64,000 bases of DNA from Callorhinchus milii (Eukaryota): assembly GCF_018977255.1 (NCBI RefSeq), contig NW_024704745.1, positions 25,978,001 through 26,042,000 on the forward strand, written 5' to 3'. A model generated the notes under the pieces. The model saw only the letters and a list, made by a program, of their open reading frames with translations. It searched no databases and was not told the DNA's origin. This document shows, piece by piece, positions 48,185 to 57,975 of the stretch. A program made the translations under genes and the position numbers. The stretch's first letter is position 1, and each line of letters begins with the position of its first letter.

Positions 48185-51008
48185 CAACAACAAAATTACA
48201 TTTGCATATCACCTTTCATGTCGGGAGGATGTCCCAAGGTGCTGGACAGACAGAGTTACGGACCCGAGTGGAGAGGGGGGCGAAGCAGGGAGATCGAAAG
48301 CATGGTTGAAGAGGAGAGTCTTGAGGTGGGTCTTGAAGGTGGCGAGGGAGGGGTTGAGATGGAGGGACTGGGGCATGGAGTTCCAGAGGATGGGTGCAGA
48401 GTGGCGGAAGGCCCACCCGCCGATAGTGGGGTGAGCGAGGCGATGGACGTGAAGCAGGCCGGAGCTCGCTGAGCGGAGGGAGCGAACAGGGTGGTAGGGT
48501 TTAGGAGGTCAGAGTGGTGGGGGGAGCAAGACCATGTAGGGCTTTGAAGGTGAGGATCAGGATCTTGAACTGTCTCCTCTGTGTGATGGGAAGCCAGTGG
48601 AGTTGGGTAAGAATGGGGGTGATAGGGTTGCGTGGAGCCTAGTGCAGGAGAGGACACAAGCTGCAGAGTTCTGCATGGTCTGCAGCCTGTGAAGGAAGAA
48701 GTCGGGAATGCCAACAAGCAATGAGTTTGCATAGTCGAGCCTCAATGTAATGAAGGCTCAACTATGAGGGTTTCGGAGGTCTGTGGTGTGAGACAGTGTC
48801 GGAGACGGGTGATGTTGCGGAATTTGGGGAAGGCAGAGCACGTCATTGGTACAGATGTGGGGTAGAAAGGATAGTTGAGGGTCAAACAAGACCCCAAGTT
48901 TCTGGACTGGCTTAGTAATGTGGAGTGTGCAACCATGGATGGCGATGCTGTCATTGCATGAGGTGTGGAGGCGCTGATGGGAGCCAATCAGGAGAGCCTC
49001 AGTCTTGTTGACATTCAACTGAAGAAAGTTAGCTCTCATCCAGGACTTGATATCTAACTGACATTCTGTCAGGACAGCATTGGTCGTGGAGTCAAGCGTG
49101 GAGGCAGCGAGGTAGAGATGGGTGTCATCCGCATACATGTGGACGTTGACCTTATGTCTGAGCATGATGTCAACATGAGAGAGCATATAGATGTTAAAGA
49201 GGAGGGGACCAAGTTCAGATCCCTGAGGAACGCTGCACGAGATGGTCCAGGGCTAGAGGAGAAGCCGTTTGAGGAGATGAAGTGCAGGCAGTGTGAGAGA
49301 AATTATCTAAACCAATTGAGGTGAGAGGAGAGGCAATGGATGAGGATAGAGTGGTCGACAGCGTCGAAAGCAGCAGAGAGGTCAAGGAGGACGAGGAGGC
49401 AGAGGGAGCCCTGGTCGCAGATGGACAGAATGTCATTTGTCACCTTGAGCAGGGGTTCAATAAAGGAGTGGCGGAGCAGGAAGGAGTGAAGCTGAGAAGC
49501 AACAACTCGTTCCAGGACCTTGGAGATGAAGGGGAGTTTGGAGATGGGGCAGTAGTTAGGGAGTAGAGAAGGGTCAAGGGAGGATTTTTTAAGGATAGGA
49601 GTGATGACAGTGGTTTTTAAAGGGGTGGGAGCAGTATCAGAGGACAGGAAGAGGTTAATGATGTCAGTGAGTAGAAGGGCAAGGAGGTGGTGCTGGGAGG
49701 TAAGGAGTGGGGTGGGGGGGGAGTAGGGATGAGGTCGAGGGAGCAGGTGGTGGGTTTCATATGGATTACAGTGGTGATGAGAGAAGAAATGGGTTCAAAG
49801 GTGTGGAGGGAGGGGTGGATAGGGGCTGGGGTGGAAGGAGCAGATGGGGAGGGGGTAGTAGTTGCAATTGAGTGGATTCCCTCAACTTTGGATTCGAGGA
49901 AGTCCAGCATCGCCTCACAGTTGGCATTTCAGGTGAGGATGTGTGAAGCGTGAGAGAGTGGATGGAGGAGTCGGTTCGTGATGGAGAAGAGGAGCCTGGG
50001 GTTGTCCTTCGCCTCCAAGATTGTCTTGGAGTAGAACGACGATTTAGCAGAGGCAAGGGCGGAGCGGTAAGATTTGACATGGTCCAACCAAATCTGCCGG
50101 TGGACAGTTAGGTTTGATTTAAGCCAGGTGCGCTCAGTGGAACATGCCTGGGCTTTAAGGGAGCTGAGGTGTCTGGTGTATCAACAGCAACAACAAGATT
50201 ACATTTGTATAGCGCCTTTCACGTCGGGAGGACATCCAAGGCACTGGTGAATTTGAATGAATAGGAGATGGTTCGGGAAGAGAGGGGAGCGAGTGAATCG
50301 AGAGTGGAGGAGAGGGAGCTGTGGAGAAGGGTGACCGAGGACCATAGGTCATTGTGAGAGGACGCCCAGAGAGAAAGGAGTTTAAATAGTCAAGGCAGCC
50401 GAGAGGGAGGGGGGGAAATTTTTTTCCAGGGGCGGTATGAGATGGGGGTGAGTTGGTTGGCGGTGGGGAGAGGGATTGAGGAGTTGAGGGAGATGAAGTG
50501 ATGGTCCAAGATCGCTTTGTCGTTGATGGTGAAGTCCGAGCCAGTGAGGCCCCAAGCTATCACCAGGTCGAGGGGGTGACCGCGTACATGGGTGGCGGAG
50601 TGGGTGTGGAGGGAGAGATTGAGGGAGGTGATAAGGGAATCAGCAGAGGTAAAGCAGGAGGGAGTGAAGTGAAAGTTGAAATTGCCAAGGATGAGGAGGT
50701 GCTCAGAGCAAAGGGAGAGGGAAGATAGGAGGGTGGAGATGTCAGGGATGAAGGTGGGGAAGGGCTTGGGGGAGCGGTAGATAAGGAGAATTTTGAGTGA
50801 AAGGTTGGAGGGGTGATAGAGGGTAAGGTGCTCAAAGGAGGGGAACGTTCCAGAGGAATAAAGGGATAAGCCGAGCGGAGAATTGGAGATGAGAGCCACC
50901 CCGCCACCACGGCGGTTAGGTTGAGGGGTGTGGTGGAAGGTGTAGCCGGTTGGTGTGGCCTCAGTCAGGGAGAAGGTGTCGCCTAGAGTGATCCAGGTTT
51001 CAGTGAGG
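48185..51008 (-). mobile_element. Long disrupted L2 LINE (EN truncated at LTETW, tether, RT, tail)
   Basis: LLIYRSPK, LILGNFNFH, GHPLDLV, ILDHHF, PISKLPFISKVLERVV, HMYADDTHLY and NFLQLNVNKTEALLIG; several deletions and frameshifts. Confidence 0.95.
50183..50246 (-). mobile_element. L2 tail-only insertion inside the L2 tether region
   Basis: CAACAGCAACAACAAGATTACATTTGTATAGCGCCTTTCACGTCGGGAGGACATCCAAGGCACTGG interrupts host coding sequence at the PWY-equivalent position. Confidence 0.85.
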
Positions 51009-51034
51009 TTTATTATTTATTGTTAACAATGTTT

Positions 51035-51145
51035 AACAACAACAACTTGCACTTATATAGCGCCCTCCATGCCGGGCGGCATCTCAGAGAACTTAAGAAT
51101 AGTGGAGCCCAAGGCCGAGCCAGGGGGAGGGGGTAAGGTGACCGT
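51035..51145 (-). mobile_element. L2 3' end, second subfamily
   Basis: TATAGCGCCCTCCATGCCGGGCGGCATCTCAGAG matches the variant tail at 27300-27340. Confidence 0.85.
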
Positions 51146-51290
51146 ATGTGTGGCTTCCTGGATGTTAGGGAGCATATTTTGATCCTCACTGGTAAAACCC
51201 TCCAAGAAACAATCGTTTAATGTGTTGCTATCCCTTTAGGATTTTAACAGCTGCCCTGACTACTTAGACCATTACCTTATAATTCTGTGT

Positions 51291-51815
51291 CACTTCAGTG
51301 CTCCCTCCCACTCACACTCTGACCTTTCTGTCCGTGGTTTCTTACGCTGTTCCAATGAGCTGCAGCCCAAGCTCGAGGAACAGCACCTCATTTATCTGCT
51401 AGGGACCTTTCAGCCCTCTGGCCTCAATATTGATTTCAACAATTTCAGACCATAACAGCTCACCGTCCCCATCTTCTGTGACCATTACCACATCACCTTT
51501 TCTCTCTCTGGTCTGCCTATTTTGTTGCAATTTCCCCCCCCCCCGCCCCCCCCTGTTTTGCATTATTAACAATTCTTTAACCCATCATCCCATGTCCTCT
51601 ACCCCAATTTCTCCTTTGTCTTCCTTGCCCTGCCTCCTCCCTCTCTGTTAGCCCTTAAAAGCCTCCCATGCCAACATGCCTCAGTTTTGATGAAGGGTAG
51701 TGGACCCAAAACATTGACTCACTTTGCTTTCTTTATAGATGCTGCCTGACCTGCTGAGTGTTCCCAGTGACTTCTATTTTGTTTCAGATTTCCAGCATCT
51801 GCAGTATTTTGTGTT
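51291..51815 (+). mobile_element. Penelope-like element 3' end (GIY-YIG C-terminus + pLTR-like region)
   Basis: 51291-51455 translates HFSAPSHSHSDLSVRGFLRCSNELQPKLEEQHLIYLLGTFQPSGLNIDFNNFRP*, typical of the PLE GIY-YIG end; followed by AGATGCTGCCTGACCTGCTGAGT...TTCAGATTTCCAGCATCTGCAG. Confidence 0.85.
51682..51719 (+). ncRNA. Degenerate minimal hammerhead ribozyme within the PLE
   Basis: AGTT-tTGATGA-A-GGGT(AGTGG)ACCC-aAAAC-ATTGACT; core CUGAUGA and GAAAC each carry one substitution, stem II is intact. Confidence 0.6.
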
Positions 51816-53283
51816 TCGGTTATACCATATAATTCTATCTGTTTGTTGAAGTTGGCAAAATATATTTAGTAGCAAACAGCACAATGGCCATACCTAAATA
51901 CTGTATAAACACAAATATAAATATTTATCAAAATTAAGTCAGGCATTCACATTGCACTTACCAAGAATCTACACAAGGCACATATTAGTGTCAACACACG
52001 TATCACTAAATACAGGCTTAAAGAAATTATACAAAACTATTTTAACAAATTCACAACATTTTTGCCATAGGTTTCTAGATTATAAATCAAATGCTAAGAT
52101 TCATTAAAATCGATTGTCATTGAATTGATGATGAATTGTCACTGCAATGCTTTAATGATTTTTGTAATCATTTGAGGGCTGCAGAATTATTTTTGCACCA
52201 GAGTAAACCTTATAATAACATTACCATCCCTTGTGAAATGCATTTTTCTATATGTGTTTCTTATAGTTCTCTAATTTGGTTTGGTAATACAATATTGTGT
52301 TCATCATTAGAAGTTTACAGATAATTATTTGTATGGATTTTATGTGATACAGAAAGAACATTTGCATATTCTGAAATCTACAAAGTACATTTAGTACTCA
52401 ATGAACTGACAAACATTTTCAAATACAGCAGCACATAATGTATCTACAAATAAGGTTCTGTTACTGGCAAACATTTGTGAAAAAACTGTCGCATCTGGGC
52501 ATTTATTGGGATAGAAATTTTTAAAAAAATTGCAAGCCATCTGTCATTAGTCTAATAAATGCCTTTTTCATTGGTCATTCCATCTATAACCAAATCCATT
52601 TAATCTAAGGAAAAATTATGACTATTGTTACTTGCTAATAGTCATTGGGAAAACTATTTTGCCTCTTCAGAGTGTAACTTAATAAATGTATTTAATGAGC
52701 ACAAATCTATCCCTCAAAATAAGAATTTAAAGCAGAAATAAACATCAGAATCATGAAAATATCAATATTGTGACATTTAGAGGTGTGCACATAAGCATCA
52801 ATCTACCAATACAAGAATGCAATACGAATTTACATTTCTATAGAGCCTTTCATGTCAGGAAGATGTCCCAAGGCGCTTAAAAATCCTGCTTTGGCAATGT
52901 AACAATTAATATATCTATTTAAATCAAACTTATGAGTTGTAAAAGATATTTAATTATCTTCATTCCCCTTTTATGGTGAACCTGTGAAGCATTCTATTCT
53001 GCCCAGGCCAAAAGAATAGGCTAGCAACCAGCTTCCCCAATTCAATTAGTGACACACTGTTACTGGCCACCAACCCCATGATAAATCTACCTTTAATATT
53101 GTAGTATTATGAATCCTTCATAGATGCACACAATTACACACCTAATCTTCCATGAAATCAGAGGTGGAAATGCACCCAAATGTCTTCATCAATCTAATGT
53201 AATTCAATGTAAACTCTCTGAATTCTGCGCTCTGAATGAATCCAGGTTAAATGATTCCCAGTCCCAGGTGACTCGAGGTGCTA

Positions 53284-53720
53284 TACTACTACTACTAATA
53301 ATAAATAATAATAATACTTACCTTTATGTGGTATAGTATCTTTCACATCAGGAAGATTCTTTGAAACACTTCACATGATATACTGTCAAGTGGAGTGACT
53401 GTGTGTACCTTGTGGGTGAATGCAGCAGCCAATTATGCACAGTAATGTCAAACTGAGTGAATAACCAACTTTATTTGGAGGATTTGTTGGCCGGGACACT
53501 TGGAGAAACTTCCTTCTCTTTTTGAATAGTGCCATAAACATCCACCTGAACAGGTTTAATGTTTAATGTCTCATGAATGTTGGAACCTAAAGCAATGCAG
53601 CACACCCCCAGCACTGCATTGGAGTGTCAATCTAAACTATAGGAGTTCCAACATGGGGCTTAAACCCACAACCCTCTGACTCCAAGATGAGATTGCTATG
53701 AACTGAGCCAGGCTGACACA
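53284..53720 (-). mobile_element. Full-length Deu-SINE
   Basis: Antisense head AACTGAGCCAGGCTGACAC, Deu domain TTTGAATAGTGCCAT..CATCCACCTGAACAG, and a (TAA)n tail. Confidence 0.9.
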
Positions 53721-54179
53721 ATATTTTTTTTACATAGAATTCAGTCCACCACATCAAAGATTCTTGCACAGCCAGTGACAACCTAAAATAATAGTTGAAT
53801 GATCAGATGATCTACCAGCCTTCATGTGTTAAAGGCAGATATCTATGGTGCACTGAAAATTACCATTGAAACTCTGTGTGATGGTTTTGTTGAAAGTTCT
53901 TAAAGATTCTTATAGTGAATGATGATAGGACTCTACCCTGGATGGAGGGCGCTATATAATTGCAAGTTGTTGTTGTTGATAAAGGTATATGTAAAGTGAA
54001 ACAATTTAACTGGGGGATTGTTGGACAGTTCACATGGAGAAACTCCCTGCCAAAGATTCACATTCAGACAAAGAGTAGAAAAAACAATGAATGCCCCATC
54101 TATGTGGGTAATAAGGCTAGGCAGCTTCTGAAACTACATCCAAGATACAACTGCTGTAATGTTGCATACATGAATTTAC

Positions 54180-54470
54180 AAGATCAAAAGAGAAGTTTGA
54201 TCTCATCCTTCAAGAATACCCATTCAATCATTCTTTCCAGAAAGCATCAAGTTGTCTTTGAAACATGTCCAGCATCCTAGCCTCAACCATCATTCCTGGC
54301 AACTTGTTCCAGTTGTTAATCTGGGTACAGAAATACTTATTGGTGTCTGTCCAAAAATTGCTCTTTGCAACCTTAAACTTGTGTCCTTTTGCTCTGCTGT
54401 CTTCCATATTATTCTAGGTTTACTTTCTTAATCCCATTTAAATCATGTATACTACTATACAGTTCTTCCA
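54180..54470 (-). mobile_element. Old CR1 3' fragment
   Basis: CCTGGCAACTTGTTCCAG (antisense WNKLPG) and AACCTTAAACTTGTGTCCT (antisense GHKFK). Confidence 0.65.
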
Positions 54471-54702
54471 ATACTTACGTCAGGCTCCCTAACTCCTTTT
54501 TCTCCAAGTCTAATTTTGCCTTGAATTATGTGTTATCCTTCATCTTGTCCACAGAGTGAAAGGCATTATTTTTTCCTGGGTGAGACATGCCTAGCAGGGG
54601 TTCTTAGCCTTTTTGCAGCATCAAAAACAATTTACTTTTATATAATGCATTTCATGTATCAGGATATACATGAAATTCTGTTGGATATACATGAAATCCG
54701 GT

Positions 54703-54750
54703 AGGAGTCCTGTAGCTCAGTAGTTAGAGCACTTGCCTTACAAGCAAGAT
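54703..54750 (+). mobile_element. Family A SINE head fragment
   Basis: GGAGTCCTGTAGCTCAGTAGTTAGAGCACTTGCCTTACAAGCAAGA. Confidence 0.75.
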
Positions 54751-55164
54751 AGGTTTATGTGGTAATTTGTTTTCCACTGTGAACTGAAAATCCATTTAAG
54801 TGAATTAATTATTTTTGGAATCTTGAACTATCGAGTATAGTTTGTGGCTGCACATCATTGGTCCTACTCAATTTGTTAATCCAACCAAATTATTTTGTAT
54901 TCAACATGATAAATGCTCCTTAACGTATCTCAATCAAGGAACAACATTTTATTGTAAAAAAAAATGAAAGATTTATTCCATTGAATTCTCCTGGGTGCTT
55001 CTTATCATTTCAAAAGCTCTTGGAACAGAATTAAATTCTGGATGCTCACTATTAACACTCATCTGTTCTGGTTGCTTATATCTAGTAATTGAATTTGCTC
55101 GGATTCTTATGGAATTGCATTAATTTCATTCACAGAGAATGGTTTACAATTGCAAAATATTATC

Positions 55165-55581
55165 ATAATAATAATAATCCTTACAATTAATATAGTGCTT
55201 TTCACATTGGGAAGACGTCTCAAAGAGCTTCACAAGATATACTATGTATTTTGTAGGTGCATGCTGCAGCCAATTGTGCACAGCAATATCCCACAAACGG
55301 CAATTAAGTGAATAACCAATTTTATTTGGGGAATTATTGGCCAGCATACTGGGAGAAACTCCCTTCTCTTTTCAAATAGTGCCAAGTCCACCTGAACATG
55401 CAAACATGACCTTGGTTTAATGTCTCATCAAAGAATAGCACCTCCAACAATGCAACATACCCCCAGCAAACATTGGATTGTGAGCCTTGACTATATAATT
55501 TCCAAGTCCTGACATGTGAATTGAACCCATAACTTTTTAACTCGGAGGCATCAGGGACAACAACTGAGCCAGGCTGATACA
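55165..55581 (-). mobile_element. Full-length Deu-SINE
   Basis: Antisense head CAACTGAGCCAGGCTGATAC, Deu domain GGGAGAAACTCCCTTCTCTTTTCAAATAGTGCCA, and a (TAA)n tail. Confidence 0.9.
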
Positions 55582-55986
55582 CCATTATTTAATTACCGAT
55601 GAGGTTTAGAAAACAAATAGAACCAATAATTCTGCATTGTCAACATCTATGGACAGATATGATCCTCTCCCCTAACCCAGTTCATCACAATGGGTGTGTC
55701 CAAAGGTGAATGTAGTTGCAATACCATCTAAACTAACCAAAAGACCCACATAACAAACCAGAATGGATACGACTGAGTGGATAATTCTTGAGGGTAACTA
55801 CCTCCCCAAATTAATACAAATTGCTTCTGAATTTATGAAATTGAATTAAGCCACAAATAAACTCAATTTTGTTTCAGTCCTCAAACCTGATTGTGTGTAA
55901 GATGAACAATGTCAAGTATTTTTCAAACAGGTCTGGGTACTACCACTATTCAGAATTTGAGAAGGGAGGGATTTCAAGGAAGGTTT

Positions 55987-56784
55987 GGATGCTGGCAGCA
56001 TCAGCATCCATGGCTGCACGTTCAACCTCACTAAGTCAGCCAGAAACCTGGGTGTCTTGTTTGAGCCTGAACTGTCTTTTCTCCCCCACATCCGCACCAT
56101 GACTGGCACTGCCTACCACCACCTCCACAACATTTCCGGACTCCACCACTGCCTCACCCCTCAGGTTGCCGAAACCCTCACCCACGTATTTGTCACATCA
56201 AGGCTCGATTATGGAAATTCCTTCATCATCGGCCTTCCCAACTCTTCCCTTCACAAGCTGCAGATCATCCAAAACTCTACAGGTCATGTACTCTCACGCA
56301 CCAGGCTCCGTGATCTCATCACTCCCATCCTCACCCGACTGCACCGGCTCCCCATTCCCCAGAGGATCGAATTCAAGATCCTCGTTCTCACTTTCAAGGC
56401 CATCCATGGCCTTGCTCCCACCTACCTCTCTCACCTGCTGACTCCCTACCAACCTGCTCGCTCCCTCTGTTCAGCGGGCTCCGGCCTTCTCCATGTCTCC
56501 CACCAGACCCGCCCTACCATCAGTGGCCGGGCTTTCAGCCTCTCTGCCGCCACACTCTGGAACTCCATCGCATAGTCTCTTTGCCCCGCTTCCTCCCTTG
56601 CCTCCTTCAAGGCTGGTCTCAAGATCCTTCACTTTGATCGCTTCGGCGCCCTCCCACCTCTCTGCTTCCCTCACCCCTACCCCACCCCTTCCCCATGTTC
56701 GGGCCCCGACATCTGACTGTTTAGCGCTTTGGGACGTCCTCCCGACGTGAAAGGCGCTCTATGAATATAATTTTGATGTTGTTG
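55987..56784 (+). mobile_element. L2 LINE 3' fragment
   Basis: ARNLGVLFEPELSFLPHI, FVTSRLDYGNS, LPIPQRIEFKILVLTFKAIHGLAP and RAFSLSAATLWNSI; stem-loop 56724-56757. Confidence 0.96.
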
Positions 56785-57217
56785 GTTTCAACACTTTTGT
56801 TAAATAAGGAATGACTTTATCTATACTGTAGTTTAAATCCCTATATCCTTTTTTCAAATTTTAATTTTATTGCCCTTCAATATTATGATTTTTTAATGAA
56901 CTAACATTTTTTTGTAAATAAATCCCACTTAGAATCTAATGTACATCTCTGTAAGGTACCCTCTGAGATACTTTTTTTTCAAGGCTGAAGAGCCCTAGTT
57001 TATCAAATTGCTCCTCATAGCTCATATCAATAAATGTTTGCTCTGCATTTTTGTGAACAATTCTCCAAGGGTCATATGAGAAATATTGGAGCAGGAACGT
57101 GATTGTGATGTCAGTGGAGGAGACTCTGGCTGGTGCATCTGTCTCATGATATTAGTGTCAGTCATATTAGTTTCTTTGGAGACTAATCATGAGCATCTGT
57201 GTTTTATTTTCTTTCAG

Positions 57218-57344
57218 CTTATGTCAAGTATTTGCGATGTCTGACTCCAATGCATCTGGCCCACTGTTTGTTTAAGGAAATGGACAGCATGCAGGAAACT
57301 GGCACCCAGTCTGTGAAAATGATAACTATGATCACTTTTTAAAG
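57218..57344 (+). other. Candidate 127-nt non-coding (UTR or lncRNA) exon
   Basis: Branch-like GACTAAT at 57181, TTTTATTTTCTTTCAG acceptor and AAG/GTAAGA donor; stop codons in all three frames. Confidence 0.4.
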
Positions 57345-57754
57345 GTAAGATTATGTTTTAATGAACACAGAACTCACAAGACTGATGTTATCAGCAACTG
57401 TCCTTACCCAGAAGCTCATCTTCACTATGAACAAACAAAACATAGACATTCACCCATTATCATCCAGTCAGTATATTTATTAAATTTGCCTCAATCACAG
57501 CAGTGGGCATAACAATCAGGGTTTTAATATTTTACATTATAAATTTCAATTTTTAATTTTTTTATAAAAAGGCTTATTTAATATTGGATTACATACTGGT
57601 CTTTTATCTTTGGAAGCTAGGCCACATTGATGGGAATGAAAATTGCTTTCTGACTATTGTTCTAGAGAGATTCACTGCATGGAGATTCCCCTCGCATATT
57701 ATCCATGCTTTCCCACCTCAGGATTTGTTACACAACTTTTATTGATATGATTTT

Positions 57755-57975
57755 TGTGAGATTTGGCAGTCTCAACCCAGTTGCCCCTGGGTTTGAGCTC
57801 ACAGAACAAAGGTGCTCTTAAATTGGCACTAAATGGTCAACCTCACTCACAGGATGGCTGTTGTATGAAGTCATGTTACAGCAAAGGTGCTTTTGTGATA
57901 GTGGGCCACTGTTTAGGGAGCATTAGTTTGCATCTAATTACCATGTACGTGACCTGGTAATGTTGAAGCTGGTTG
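57755..57975 (+). mobile_element. Old LF-SINE-like body fragment
   Basis: GTCTCAACCCAGTT...AATTGGCACTAAATGG...GGGAGC..TGCATCTAA..TGTACGTGACCTG resembles my recollection of the LF-SINE body. Confidence 0.4.
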
